A stretch of DNA of 63,588 nt, filler included. It is 7 parts of 7 records of this genome, joined end to end, with 100 filler letters (N's around TTAATTAATTAA, not from the genome) between each part and the next. Parts side by side here need not be neighbours in the genome. Positions count along the whole stretch, not along the records: positions 42,568 to 56,185 come from SRR31147125_6243; 6 more parts are not named here. One strand, 5' to 3'. Below the pieces are notes generated by a model. It was given only the letters and a program-made list of their open reading frames with translations. It was not told the origin of the DNA and searched no databases. Positions 42,468 to 53,295 of this stretch are shown piece by piece; positions within the stretch are counted from its first letter, which is position 1; every line of letters starts with the position of its first letter. The position numbers were made by a program, and so were the translations under genes.

Positions 42468-42567
42468 NNNNNNNNNNNNNNNNNNNNNNNNNNNNNNNNN
42501 NNNNNNNNNNNTTAATTAATTAANNNNNNNNNNNNNNNNNNNNNNNNNNNNNNNNNNNNNNNNNNNN
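42468..42567. other. Artificial contig linker
   Basis: N-run/TTAATTAATTAA/N-run. Confidence 0.98.
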
Positions 42568-42811
42568 CCCCTTGGCTATCTCTACTAAGCATTAATATTT
42601 TTTTCGTTGCTCAAAGATAATACCATAAAAATATTCTTTAGTCAACTTTTTTTCGTAATAATTACTGTATTCTTACCTAAATAAAAAATATTGTACTAAT
42701 ATTTTTTATTTTTGATAAATTAAGGAGAGGAAATCAAATATTACATTGAATATCTAGATATAAAATTGAGAATTTCTTTTTTGTATTCATTACAATTGTG
42801 AAAAAATAACA

Positions 42812-42861
42812 TTGACATAACAAGTTTTAAGTGGTATAACTTTATTGACTAATTTAGTTAA
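42812..42861 (+). promoter_or_regulatory. Sigma70 promoter with a palindromic operator at the transcription start
   Basis: TTGACA-17 nt-TATAAC, followed by TTGACTAA-T-TTAGTTAA (42845-42861). Confidence 0.65.
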
Positions 42862-42906
42862 AAATAGAACAAACTATATAAACATAAGGTAATAGGGAGG
42901 AGTATT

Positions 42907-45510
42907 ATGAAATCACTAGAATTAAAAAAAGACATCCACTGGGTTGGTTCGTTAGATCCTGATCTAAGAATTTTTGATATTATTATGCAGACAGAATTTG
43001 GTACAACTTACAACTCTTATGTGGTTAAAGGTTCAGAAAAGATTGCTGTGTTCGAAACAGTAAAAGCTAAATGTTTTGATGAATATGTTGAAAAACTAAA
43101 AGAAATTATTGGAGATCTTTCTAAAATAGATTATATCGTTGTGGATCATACAGAACCAGATCATGCCGGATCAGTTGAGATGCTTCTGGATCTTGCTCCA
43201 TATGCAAAGGTTGTTGGTTCACAAGCTGCACTTGATTTCCTAGCTGATATAGCAAATAAGGAGTTTGACGGAATAGCAGTTGAACATGGTGATACTATCA
43301 ACTTGGGAAATAAAACACTTAAATTTATCTCAGCACCATTTTTACATTGGCCTGACTCAATCTATACATATATCCCTGAAGATAGAATTTTAGTAACCTG
43401 TGATTCATTTGGATCTCACTACAGTTTTGATGAGGTTCTTTATTCTAAAATACCAGAGGATAAAATGAAGGACTATCAATCAGCTCTTTTATACTACTAT
43501 ACAGCAATCTTTGGTCCATTTAAAGGTTTTGTGTTAGAAGCTATTGATAAGATAAAGGATTTTGAAATTGAGATGATTTGTCCCGGGCATGGACCTGTTC
43601 TAGATGAAAAGCCTATGGAAATAGTAGAAACATATAAAAAATGGTCAACTGAAAAAAATCCAAATGAAAAGAAAACAATAATTGTCCCATATGTTTCTGC
43701 ATACGGATATACAGAAGAACTTGCACAGAACATCATAAAGGGAATAAATGAATCTGGCGACTTTGTAGTTAAGTCTTTCAATCTAAATATAGCAAACTAT
43801 GGTGGATTGAAAGCTGAGATTATGAATGAAATATACTGGGCTGACGCTATCCTTCTAGGTACATCAACAATAAACGGAGATGCACTGCCTCCAATCTGGG
43901 ATATAGGTGTGTCACTAAACGGTATCGTTCACGGTGGTAAAATTGCATCGGCATTTGGATCATACGGATGGAGTGGAGAAGGTGTGCCTAACATTGTCTC
44001 GCGTCTAGATCAATTAAGAATGTTAGTTCCAGACGGATACATGGTAAAATTCAAACCTTCTGATAAAGATATCGAGGGTGCTGTTGAGTATGGTAAAAAG
44101 TTCGCTGAATATGTACTTACTGGTGTTGTTCCTCCAAGAGAAGGATTTGAAACAGAATCAATTGAAGATCTAAATCCAAGTGGTGAAGTTAAAAAATGGA
44201 AATGTGTAGTTTGTGGTGAAATTATAGAGGGAGTTTATCCTCCTAGAATCTGCCCAGTATGTGGTGTGGGACAGGAATTATTTGAAATGGTTGATGAAAG
44301 CTCTATTCCTCAAATAACATCAGAAGCAGAGGACAAAGTTATCATCTTAGGAAGTGGAGCCGCTGCACTTTCTGCTGCTGAATCTCTAAGAGTAAGAAAT
44401 GAAAATGCCGATATAGAGCTACTGTCAAAGGCATCTGATAAACCGTACTATAGACCTGCAATCTCTGATTATCTAAGTGAAAACTTAACTGACGATGAAT
44501 TCTATCTAAAATCAAGTGATTGGTATGAAAAGAATAAAGTTAAATTAACTCTAAATACATTAGTTGACAGTATAGACACAAATTCAAAAGAGATTAAACT
44601 AGGTAACGGTGAAGTTAGAAATTATGATAAATTAATCATCGCTACAGGAAGTAGAGCTAATATCCCTAGAATCCTGGGAGTAGAAAATGCTGGTTGCTTC
44701 ACACTGAGAGGTTTACATGATGCTAATAGAATCAAAGAGTACACTAAGGAAGCTAAAAAAGCCATCGTTATCGGTGGAGGAGTACTTGGTCTAGAAGTTG
44801 CTTCTGAGCTTCACGGTATGGGCTTGGAAGTAAGTGTCGTTGAAAAGGAAGCTAGAATCTTCCCTAGACAATTAGATGAAGAAGGATCAAAATTAATCGA
44901 AGCTAGATTAAATGATAAAGGAATCAAAGTATATAAAAATCATTTCGTTAAAAAGATCAATGGTGATGGTAAGGCCACAGGTGTTGAGTTAGACAATCAT
45001 ACATCTCTTCCAGCTGATATTATCATTATCAGTGCAGGTATCGCTTGTAACAAAGAGCTTGCTGAGAGAGCGGGAGTTATCACAAATAGAGGTATCGTAG
45101 TTAATGATAAAATGGAAACAAATGTAAAAGATATATATGCTTGTGGAGATGTTGCTGAGTATGAAGGTCTTGTTCAAGGTTTATGGAAAACGGCTCTTGA
45201 CCAAGGTGCAATAGCTGGTGCAAACGCCGCAAGCGATGAACTTACATTTAAACAAGAGTCTCAACCTGTAACATTTACTGGATTTGACATGGATATTTTC
45301 TCTATTGGGGATATAGGTAACGATCCAGACAAAACATATCAAATAAGTGAATATAATGATAATGAAAACGGAGTTTACAAGAAGATTTATTTTACAAAAA
45401 ATAAATTTGTTGGTGGAGTATTAGTCGGTGAAGTTAATGCAGCTGCTTCATTAATAAACGGTCTTAAAAATGAATCGCCAATGGCAAAATTAACTAAAAA
45501 AGTATTTTAA
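42907..45510 (+). CDS. Flavodiiron protein fused to rubredoxin and NADH:rubredoxin oxidoreductase (class F-type FDP)
   Basis: HTEPDH, HWPD, CDSFG and PGHG diiron ligands; flavodoxin FGSYGWSG; CVVCG..CPVCG; GSGAAAL, ATGS, GGGVLGLE and YACGD. Confidence 0.9.
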   Translation: MKSLELKKDIHWVGSLDPDLRIFDIIMQTEFGTTYNSYVVKGSEKIAVFETVKAKCFDEYVEKLKEIIGDLSKIDYIVVDHTEPDHAGSVEMLLDLAPYAKVVGSQAALDFLADIANKEFDGIAVEHGDTINLGNKTLKFISAPFLHWPDSIYTYIPEDRILVTCDSFGSHYSFDEVLYSKIPEDKMKDYQSALLYYYTAIFGPFKGFVLEAIDKIKDFEIEMICPGHGPVLDEKPMEIVETYKKWSTEKNPNEKKTIIVPYVSAYGYTEELAQNIIKGINESGDFVVKSFNLNIANYGGLKAEIMNEIYWADAILLGTSTINGDALPPIWDIGVSLNGIVHGGKIASAFGSYGWSGEGVPNIVSRLDQLRMLVPDGYMVKFKPSDKDIEGAVEYGKKFAEYVLTGVVPPREGFETESIEDLNPSGEVKKWKCVVCGEIIEGVYPPRICPVCGVGQELFEMVDESSIPQITSEAEDKVIILGSGAAALSAAESLRVRNENADIELLSKASDKPYYRPAISDYLSENLTDDEFYLKSSDWYEKNKVKLTLNTLVDSIDTNSKEIKLGNGEVRNYDKLIIATGSRANIPRILGVENAGCFTLRGLHDANRIKEYTKEAKKAIVIGGGVLGLEVASELHGMGLEVSVVEKEARIFPRQLDEEGSKLIEARLNDKGIKVYKNHFVKKINGDGKATGVELDNHTSLPADIIIISAGIACNKELAERAGVITNRGIVVNDKMETNVKDIYACGDVAEYEGLVQGLWKTALDQGAIAGANAASDELTFKQESQPVTFTGFDMDIFSIGDIGNDPDKTYQISEYNDNENGVYKKIYFTKNKFVGGVLVGEVNAAASLINGLKNESPMAKLTKKVF

Positions 45511-45529
45511 TTTTAAAAAACATTATATC

Positions 45530-45561
45530 AAATGAGTGGGAGAAATTTCACTCATTTTTTT
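45530..45561 (+). terminator. Intrinsic terminator
   Basis: AAATGAGTG/CACTCATTT stem followed by a T-run. Confidence 0.75.
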
Positions 45562-45612
45562 ATACCATAATAAAATATAGATTTTTAAATTCTAAAAAAA
45601 AATCACTCATCA

Positions 45613-45639
45613 AACTTCCAGAACTTCCAGAACTTCCAC
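45613..45639 (+). repeat. 9-bp tandem repeat, three copies (AACTTCCAG)
   Basis: AACTTCCAG AACTTCCAG AACTTCCAC. Confidence 0.8.
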
Positions 45640-45814
45640 ATAATTGTATTATTGTTTTGTTTTTCATTTTTTTAAACGTTACAACTTTAACATATTAGCT
45701 AAATTTTATAATTTTATTAAAGGAAAATACTCTTTTTATAGAATAATATATTTGAAATTTTAAAAATATTGGGATTAGTTAATCATACACTAAAAAAAGA
45801 TCGGACGTGTATTT

Positions 45815-47704
45815 ATGTCAAAAAAATTAGAAAAAGAGATAATTATTTTTGAGGATCAAATCAACGGAATAAAAGTTAGGGATTATATCAAAATAAAAAA
45901 TTCTCTTATGAATAAAATTTTAATTAGTATAGATAAATTAACTTTAAAAGAGTTGCTTAACTTCATAGAAAAGCTTGCGATAATGAATCCTGAACTCAAA
46001 ATAAATTTATCTGACGTTAGAAAGATTCTCAGAAGTAAATCCAATAAAAATAACCTTATTCCTGCAAATGAAAAGATTGAAGAGTATGAATATAATGAGC
46101 AAAATGCTCTATTTTTTATAGATACACTCAATCATGAAGTAGCTATAACCAGCAACTTTTTTAAACTCTTTAGTATTGAGCATAAAGACTATACTTTCAC
46201 TAGCCTAGTTCGAAGCATATTTAAAAATATTGAACGTGGGTTAGAAGTTTTAAGAATTTTGAGGAAAGATATTATTATAAATCAAGAGTATATGGAGACA
46301 GTATATTTAAAGAATAAGAGAAAGCTGGAAATAACTTATAGAGTCTATGAGATTAGTGAGTACAAAGGAATCTTATTCAACATTAGAAATGTAGATAGCT
46401 CTATCCCCTTTGTGAATTATGATAATTTAACAGGTACATTAAATAGAGATATTATTCTAGAAAAACTAGAGGATATAACAGAGTATAGTCAGGAAAAAGA
46501 TATAGCAGTATTGCTAATTAATTTGAACGACTTTAAAAACGTAAATACGCTTTTTGGTTATAAATTAGGGGACTTTGCTATCAAAACTATCTCAGAAAGA
46601 ATAGAGTTTACCATTAGAAAAAATGATATATTTGGTAGAATAAACGGTGACGAATTTATACTGATATTAACTAAATACAAACATAGAAAAAACATAGAAA
46701 CTATAACCAGAAGAATAGTTAAAATAATAGAGGAACCTATTGAAATTGCAAATAAAAGCTATAAAATCACTACTAGTATTGGAGTTTGCATTTTCGATGA
46801 ACAGAACAAAACAGCTAGTAAATTGATCAGTTCAGCTAATCTGGCTCTATTTAAAGCAAAAGAAAGAGGAAAGGGAGCATATGAAATCTTTAGCACTGCT
46901 CTACATACTACCTATATGAAAAAACTAAATATGGAGAATGAGCTTAAAAAGGCTATTATTAATGATGAATTTGAAGTTCATTATCAGCCCCAATTCGATA
47001 TTATTAATAATCGAATTATTGGTTTAGAGGCACTAGTCAGGTGGAATCATCCAAATAAAGGAATGATCTCTCCAGCTGAATTTATTCCACTTGCTGAAAG
47101 AAATGGGGATATTATACCGTTAGGAAAGCTAATACTCAAAAAGGCTATTATTGAAACCAAAGATTTTCTCAAAATATACGATCTAAAACTATCTGTAAAC
47201 TTCTCTGGTAAACAGTTTGATGACCCGGAGATGGTATCTATAATCAGTAAAATCATAACGGAAACTGAGCAAGCATCAAAATATCTCGAACTAGAAATTA
47301 CTGAAACAACAGCTATGTACAATTTAGAAATAAATATTGAAAAGATGAAGGAGTTGAGGCATCTAAATTTTGGATTAGCAATTGATGATTTTGGCTCAGG
47401 TTACTCTTCACTAACATATCTGAGAAAATTCCCGATCAATAAACTTAAGATTGATAGAGAATTTATTGTAAATATTGTTCACGATATAGAACTACAAAGT
47501 ATAGTTAAGTCCATTGTTGATATAGGTAGATCACTTAAACTACAAGTTGTGATGGAGGGTGTGGAAACAGAAAAAGAACTATCAGTCCTCAGAAAACTAG
47601 GATGCTCAATTTTCCAAGGCTATTATTTCGAAAGACCAATCAACATTGAACAACTTAAGTTGAAATTTGAAAGTAATAAGTATGACTTTAAATATTTGAA
47701 ATAA
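45815..47704 (+). CDS. GGDEF-EAL protein (NGDEF variant, intact EAL)
   Basis: Motifs DNLTG and RINGDEF; YQPQ, EALVRW, ELEITE, DDFGSGYSS, KID, EGVE and QGY. Confidence 0.92.
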   Translation: MSKKLEKEIIIFEDQINGIKVRDYIKIKNSLMNKILISIDKLTLKELLNFIEKLAIMNPELKINLSDVRKILRSKSNKNNLIPANEKIEEYEYNEQNALFFIDTLNHEVAITSNFFKLFSIEHKDYTFTSLVRSIFKNIERGLEVLRILRKDIIINQEYMETVYLKNKRKLEITYRVYEISEYKGILFNIRNVDSSIPFVNYDNLTGTLNRDIILEKLEDITEYSQEKDIAVLLINLNDFKNVNTLFGYKLGDFAIKTISERIEFTIRKNDIFGRINGDEFILILTKYKHRKNIETITRRIVKIIEEPIEIANKSYKITTSIGVCIFDEQNKTASKLISSANLALFKAKERGKGAYEIFSTALHTTYMKKLNMENELKKAIINDEFEVHYQPQFDIINNRIIGLEALVRWNHPNKGMISPAEFIPLAERNGDIIPLGKLILKKAIIETKDFLKIYDLKLSVNFSGKQFDDPEMVSIISKIITETEQASKYLELEITETTAMYNLEINIEKMKELRHLNFGLAIDDFGSGYSSLTYLRKFPINKLKIDREFIVNIVHDIELQSIVKSIVDIGRSLKLQVVMEGVETEKELSVLRKLGCSIFQGYYFERPINIEQLKLKFESNKYDFKYLK

Positions 47705-47706
47705 TT

Positions 47707-47759
47707 AAAAAAGCTGATGTTAATTAATCCATTCTAGATTAATATAATATCAGCTTTTT
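47707..47759. terminator. Bidirectional terminator
   Basis: AAAAAGCTGAT...ATCAGCTTTTT between convergent genes. Confidence 0.65.
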
Positions 47760-47787
47760 AAGCTTTATTTACCCTTGTAACATATTG

Positions 47788-50700
47788 CTAATCTTTAATT
47801 GGAAATACAATTGAGAATTCAACACCCTGTCCTGGCGAACTCAAACACTGTATCTTTCCATCTAGTTTCTGCGTTACTATATTATAAACAATGTGCATAC
47901 CTAACCCACTTCCACCTTGCTCACGCTTAGTTGTATAAAACGGATCAAATATCTTCTTACACTGCTCTTCAGTCATGCCTTTTCCATTATCTTTATATAT
48001 AATTCTCATTTGATTATTCTCAATTTCACTGATTTTTATATCAATTTCACCACTGCCAATTTCATCGCCAAAACCATGGAGTAATGAATTCATAATGAAA
48101 TTAGTAAACATTTGAGAAAATGCCCCTGGATAACTCTTGATTAATAAGCCCTTTGCACAGTTAACGTTAACCTTAGGTGATTTTTGCTTTAGTTTCGGAT
48201 GTAAACTTATCAGTATTTCATTAATATACTCTAGCATCTCAAATCTTCTAACATCTTCCGTACTTTGATCAACTGATATTTGCTTAAAACTTCTAATCAA
48301 GTCAGATGCTCTGTGTAAATTAGTTAATATTAACTTAGATGACGTCTCAGCATCAGATATATAGTTTTCTAAATCTGTTCTGGTCATTTTATTTGCACTA
48401 TATTTGGCTTTGATATTGTGAGTGCACTCCTCTAGTGTGGATGCGGCTGTTACACCAACTCCAACTGGTGTATTTATCTCATGAGCTATTCCAGCTACAA
48501 GTCCACCTAATACAGCCATCTTTTCTGACATAATTAATTGATCCTGAGCTAATTCAAGTTCACTCATAGCATTTTCTACTTTTCTAATCTCATCCCCGAT
48601 ACGAGTAAGTAGTTTAGCGTTTTGCAGAGAAATTGTTGCTTGAAAAACCACTCCATATATAAAGTTCATCTGCTCTTCTGTTAGCTCATATGACAACTCA
48701 ACTAACATGATTCCATAGATCTCATTTCCAAATACTGCTGGCAAAACTAGTGCGGAATTTTTCTCTTTTTTATTCATAAATAAGTCAAATCCAGCGTCTT
48801 TTATCAGGGTATATGTTTTCTCTTTTTCAGCAAAATCAACATAGATATTATTTTTAACTGATAAAGCCAAATCTTCATCAAACTTATCAAGTACTAAGTC
48901 TCTATCAATCTCAAACTCATAATATTTTTCATTTCTTTTTACTATATGTTGAAAACTCTTATAGTTTGTTATCTCCTTGATAATAGCTCTCATTTTTACC
49001 ATTATTCTAGTAGAATCTAAATCAGAGTTAAAGTCATTTGCAATATTTTGAAGACTTTTTAATGATTCTGTTTGCTCTTTTTGATCTAAATAACTATAAG
49101 TACTCTCAAGTGAAATATCTACAGCATGCTTTAAACCTAGTAATGTATTTATCCTTGCATATAGCTCCTTTTTCTCAAAAGGTTTTGTTATATAATCATT
49201 TGCTCCAGATTCAAAGCCTAAAATTAAATCTTCCTGTCTATCTTTTGCAGTAAGCATTAATATTGGTAGCTGGAACAAAGAATAATCTTTTCTAATTATC
49301 TGACAAACTTCATAACCAGACATTTTTGGCATCATAACATCTAATATTAACATGTCATAGTCATTTTGCTTTATTTTTTCCAAAGCTTCAAGTCCTGACA
49401 TAGCTATATCCAAATTATATTTTTTTATCAATAGTTGATCAATTAAAACTTGTAAATTTACATATTCATCATCTATTATCAAGATATTTTTTTTAGTAGG
49501 ATCAGGTACAAATTCAGGAAGTACATCTTTATCAAGGTGCTTTACCTCCTCAACTTTGATTTTCTCCTTCATGACCTTTTCTCTCTTAATTTGTTCTCTA
49601 ATTACGGATTCTTCGAACTCTCTATCTTGATCCACTTCATCACTTATTGGTAGAGTGAAGGTGAATGTACTTCCCGCTCCCTCTACAGAGGAAGCATGTA
49701 TCTCTCCTCCTTGAAGCTCAACTAATTGTTTAGTAATCGACAATCCCAACCCAGTACCACCAAATCTTCTTGAGATTGATCTATCCCCCTGCTCAAAACT
49801 CTCAAATATTGATTCCAATTGTGAAGATGATATTCCAATACCAGTATCATTTACAACAAAAGTTGCCATGTCTCCCTCTTTATTAACTGAGGCAGCTATT
49901 GTTATTTTTCCTCTAGCTGTAAATTTAATTGCATTTCCTAATAGATTATATAATATCTGCTCAATACGTGCATCGTCACCATGAATAATAGGGAAATCTT
50001 TTGGTATAGTATTTTCCATAACTATATTTTTTGACCCGATTAATGGTTTACATAATTCAGTTACTATACTTACAACTTGGTAAACATCAACGTCTTTTAA
50101 TGATAATTCTAAGTCTTTGTTTTTTACTTTTGCAAAATCAAGTATATCATTAACTAGATGCACTAATCTCTTGGCACTTGATGTAATCATCTCTAAATTA
50201 AACTTTGTCTTAGAAGTAAGGTCTCCTCCAACTCCGTCAAGAAGCGCCTCAGAAAGACCAATGATTCCATTTAAAGGAGTTCTCAATTCATGAGATGTAT
50301 TAGCTAGGAAATCATCTTTTAATTTATCTAACTCTTTTAGTCTATTATTTTTTGACTCAATCTCAACAAAGTTTGATTCTAGCTCCTCAATCATATCATT
50401 GAAATGATGTGATAATATGCCTATTTCATCTGCCTTTGTTATCTCAACTCTGTTTGCATAATCCCCATCTGCAATTTTTTGTACAGTTTCTATAAATTTC
50501 TTAAGAGGAGACAGGAAAAATGTAGTAATAATTATTATAGCAATTGTCCCGAAAATAGAACTAAACAAAGCTATAAATGCCATATTTTTTATAATTGCAC
50601 TAATATTTTCTTCAAGAAATCTACTCTTTTTTGTAACGGCAAAGCTACCAATTGTACTTCCTACTAAATCTAATATCGGGCTATAGTAAACATAGTACGA

Positions 50701-51432
50701 TTCCTTTCCAATATTTCTTGGTTGAGCAACAAATACTGAGCCATTACTCTGATTCATCTCGCTACCCAATATACTTGCCCTATCTGTCTCGTTTAGCACT
50801 CCGTAATAGTCATCTATGATTGTTAATTCTTGATCTCTAAAAAGCATAAGGCCAGTATTTAATTCTTCTGAGATTGCAGCAAAATTCTCTGCTTGCTTTT
50901 CAATATCTTGAATAATTATAACAGTTCCAAGAGAATTATTATTTTTAGTTAATATCGGAGAAGCAGAAACTACTTGAATGGTATCTAAATTCCAAAATCC
51001 AGTAAAGCTTTCCTTGTTAATGATCATTTTACTTCTAATAAAGTTAATTAAACGTGTCTTTGACACGTCATTCTTACTATACCAATTTCCCTTCGAATCA
51101 AATACTACAATATTATTATACTCAGGGTGTCTTGAGCCCGTTAAGTCAATGAAATTCTTCACCTGACTCCCTAAGCTCATCTGGAGAGCAAAAGTTAGGG
51201 CATTGTCTTCTGCAATCTCTTTTGAGATTCCTCCCACTCTTTCCAAATTATTTTTTATCATAATGCTCGCTGCTTTAGATTTACTTGCAAGCGATTCCTC
51301 TAATTCTTTCTCCGCCTGTTTACGAAAAAAGTTTATGTTATAAATCGTCAAGACTGTTGACGTTAATAAAATTACTCCCACAGTGGAAATTGCTAGTTTC
51401 AACCGCAATGAATTTCTCTTTAAAAGCCTCAC
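47788..51432 (-). CDS. Hybrid sensor with two kinase cores (Cache-HAMP-HisKA-HATPase-REC-GAF-like-HisKA-HATPase)
   Basis: Two TM segments; DEIGIL HAMP; SHELRTPL...GTGLGL; REC with DD, DVMMP and KPF; AHEINTP...GSGLGM. Confidence 0.88.
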   Translation of the reverse strand: MRLLKRNSLRLKLAISTVGVILLTSTVLTIYNINFFRKQAEKELEESLASKSKAASIMIKNNLERVGGISKEIAEDNALTFALQMSLGSQVKNFIDLTGSRHPEYNNIVVFDSKGNWYSKNDVSKTRLINFIRSKMIINKESFTGFWNLDTIQVVSASPILTKNNNSLGTVIIIQDIEKQAENFAAISEELNTGLMLFRDQELTIIDDYYGVLNETDRASILGSEMNQSNGSVFVAQPRNIGKESYYVYYSPILDLVGSTIGSFAVTKKSRFLEENISAIIKNMAFIALFSSIFGTIAIIIITTFFLSPLKKFIETVQKIADGDYANRVEITKADEIGILSHHFNDMIEELESNFVEIESKNNRLKELDKLKDDFLANTSHELRTPLNGIIGLSEALLDGVGGDLTSKTKFNLEMITSSAKRLVHLVNDILDFAKVKNKDLELSLKDVDVYQVVSIVTELCKPLIGSKNIVMENTIPKDFPIIHGDDARIEQILYNLLGNAIKFTARGKITIAASVNKEGDMATFVVNDTGIGISSSQLESIFESFEQGDRSISRRFGGTGLGLSITKQLVELQGGEIHASSVEGAGSTFTFTLPISDEVDQDREFEESVIREQIKREKVMKEKIKVEEVKHLDKDVLPEFVPDPTKKNILIIDDEYVNLQVLIDQLLIKKYNLDIAMSGLEALEKIKQNDYDMLILDVMMPKMSGYEVCQIIRKDYSLFQLPILMLTAKDRQEDLILGFESGANDYITKPFEKKELYARINTLLGLKHAVDISLESTYSYLDQKEQTESLKSLQNIANDFNSDLDSTRIMVKMRAIIKEITNYKSFQHIVKRNEKYYEFEIDRDLVLDKFDEDLALSVKNNIYVDFAEKEKTYTLIKDAGFDLFMNKKEKNSALVLPAVFGNEIYGIMLVELSYELTEEQMNFIYGVVFQATISLQNAKLLTRIGDEIRKVENAMSELELAQDQLIMSEKMAVLGGLVAGIAHEINTPVGVGVTAASTLEECTHNIKAKYSANKMTRTDLENYISDAETSSKLILTNLHRASDLIRSFKQISVDQSTEDVRRFEMLEYINEILISLHPKLKQKSPKVNVNCAKGLLIKSYPGAFSQMFTNFIMNSLLHGFGDEIGSGEIDIKISEIENNQMRIIYKDNGKGMTEEQCKKIFDPFYTTKREQGGSGLGMHIVYNIVTQKLDGKIQCLSSPGQGVEFSIVFPIKD

Positions 51433-51604
51433 GTTAAACCTCCAACTCTAAATTAAATTATACTTAATTTATATCAAAATTATTAATTATTGTAAAGTAA
51501 ATCCCATTTTTTCTATTTTCCTTTAACTTTCCTGCTTAAAAAATATCTGAAAGCGTGGTATAATCTTTATATTATTATAGTATATTGAGAGGAATAAAAA
51601 AGCC

Positions 51605-52438
51605 ATGAAAAAGATAAGAGTTACCGTACCTGAAGATATCTACAGGCTAATGAAAAATGACATTGAGGATTTCGGTATAAACAATAACAAACTCTGTAAC
51701 TATATATTAGACAAATATAAATATGACAAAAAGAAAACTGACATTTTGAAAAGTCAGGGAAGACCTCTAAAAAAGATTATTCAATTTGATCTAAACGTTG
51801 CCAACAAAGAGATCTATTATGATATTCTGAGAGCAAATGGAATCGAAGTTGAAGCAGAGTTCTTTAGGGATCTATTCCAATTCTATTGCTCTAACTTCAA
51901 ATATGAAAGAGAACTTTTTGTATTTGAAATGATGGTTGAAAAAATCATGGATGCAATAAAAGATAAAAACAAAATAAAGATTAAATATAAAAAAGATACC
52001 TTTATAATAGAGCCTTATTTTATCAAACGTGGAGAACAGGGAGATGAAAACTACGTTTTCTGTTATTGCGAAAAGAGTAAAAAGTATAAAAACTATAAAT
52101 TGAAAAATATACAGTTTATTGCTGAACTAAATGACAAAGCTACCAGAAGAGATAAAAAATATGTTGAAAGTATCAGAAAAAACTTTGATCCATTTTTATC
52201 TAACGGACAAGAAGTAAAAGTAAAACTATCAAAAGACGGGGAACTTTTATTAAAAACACTAACAATACATAGACCGAAACAGTTAAGTAAAGAAAATGAT
52301 ATCTATACATTTGAAGCATCACAAGAGAAGGCATTTCTATATTTTAGACAGTTCCTGTCAGAAGCAATTATACTAGAACCTCTTGATTTAAGAGAAAAAA
52401 TGAAAACCGAACTATTAAAAACATTAGAAAATTATTAA
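51605..52438 (+). CDS. WYL domain protein with a putative RHH-like N-terminus
   Basis: AIKDKNKIKIKY, IEPY, YVFCY, NYKLKNI and C-terminal AIILEPLDLR. Confidence 0.75.
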   Translation: MKKIRVTVPEDIYRLMKNDIEDFGINNNKLCNYILDKYKYDKKKTDILKSQGRPLKKIIQFDLNVANKEIYYDILRANGIEVEAEFFRDLFQFYCSNFKYERELFVFEMMVEKIMDAIKDKNKIKIKYKKDTFIIEPYFIKRGEQGDENYVFCYCEKSKKYKNYKLKNIQFIAELNDKATRRDKKYVESIRKNFDPFLSNGQEVKVKLSKDGELLLKTLTIHRPKQLSKENDIYTFEASQEKAFLYFRQFLSEAIILEPLDLREKMKTELLKTLENY

Positions 52439-52537
52439 TTTTTATAAAAAAATAACCAAACTCCCTTTGCAATTTCATGTGAAGGAAGTCAATATTTATA
52501 GAAATATTTTATATAATCTATAAGCGAGGAGTAAGTT

Positions 52538-53239
52538 ATGATATATTCAATAATTACAGGCGGTAGTTCAGGACTAGGGTTTGAAATCGCCAAAGAGCTA
52601 ATTAAAAATAACAAAAATATAATAATAATTGGAAGAGATGAAATCAAACTAGAAAATGCATATAAAAGTTTATCTATGCTTAAGCAAGAAGCTGATATTA
52701 AATACTTCAGTTTTGATATCTCAAACTTAAAGCAAGTTGATAATTTTTATAATGAACTAAGTATTAAAGGAATTGAGGTAGAGTTTTTATTTAACAATGC
52801 AGGTAGAGGTTACTATGGCTCATTGGAGAATCTCACTGAGGCTGATATCTCATCTGTAATTGCTTCTAACCTAACCGGACTTATTAATGTGACGTCACGG
52901 GCTGTTAAACACATGAAAACACTTGATATAAGTTGTAGAGTCTGTAGCATCCTATCTACTGCGGCTTTAAATGGTAAAAAAATGGAAACTATATACAATG
53001 CAGCTAAATTTGGCGCTAAAGGATTTCTCGAAGCTGTTAAAGATGAAATAAGCGGCTCAAATATAGAAGTTCAGACATTCTTCCCTGGTGGAATGAACAC
53101 ACCGTTTTGGGATATTGTGGATTCTAATTATGATTTTTCTACATTTATGAGTCCTTCTGATGTTGCTAATCAAATTGTTGAACTTGCATTAAATAAAAAA
53201 ATGCTTGTTAGTGATGTAGTTTTAAATAGAAGAAAATAA
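52538..53239 (+). CDS. Short-chain dehydrogenase/reductase
   Basis: Motifs TGGSSGLG, NNAG, YNAAK and PGGMNT. Confidence 0.92.
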   Translation: MIYSIITGGSSGLGFEIAKELIKNNKNIIIIGRDEIKLENAYKSLSMLKQEADIKYFSFDISNLKQVDNFYNELSIKGIEVEFLFNNAGRGYYGSLENLTEADISSVIASNLTGLINVTSRAVKHMKTLDISCRVCSILSTAALNGKKMETIYNAAKFGAKGFLEAVKDEISGSNIEVQTFFPGGMNTPFWDIVDSNYDFSTFMSPSDVANQIVELALNKKMLVSDVVLNRRK

Positions 53240-53257
53240 TTTTATTAATAAGATAAA

Positions 53258-53292
53258 AATCATCCTTATCATTGATTTATGATAGGATGATT
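53258..53292. terminator. Bidirectional terminator
   Basis: AATCATCCTTATCA...TGATAGGATGATT inverted repeat. Confidence 0.6.
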
Positions 53293-53295
53293 CTT

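Noticed and set aside
42796-42813. Rex-like operator TTGTGAAAAAATAACAT
   Set aside because: The spacing is one base short of the 18-bp consensus and the right arm is weak, so it cannot be supported.
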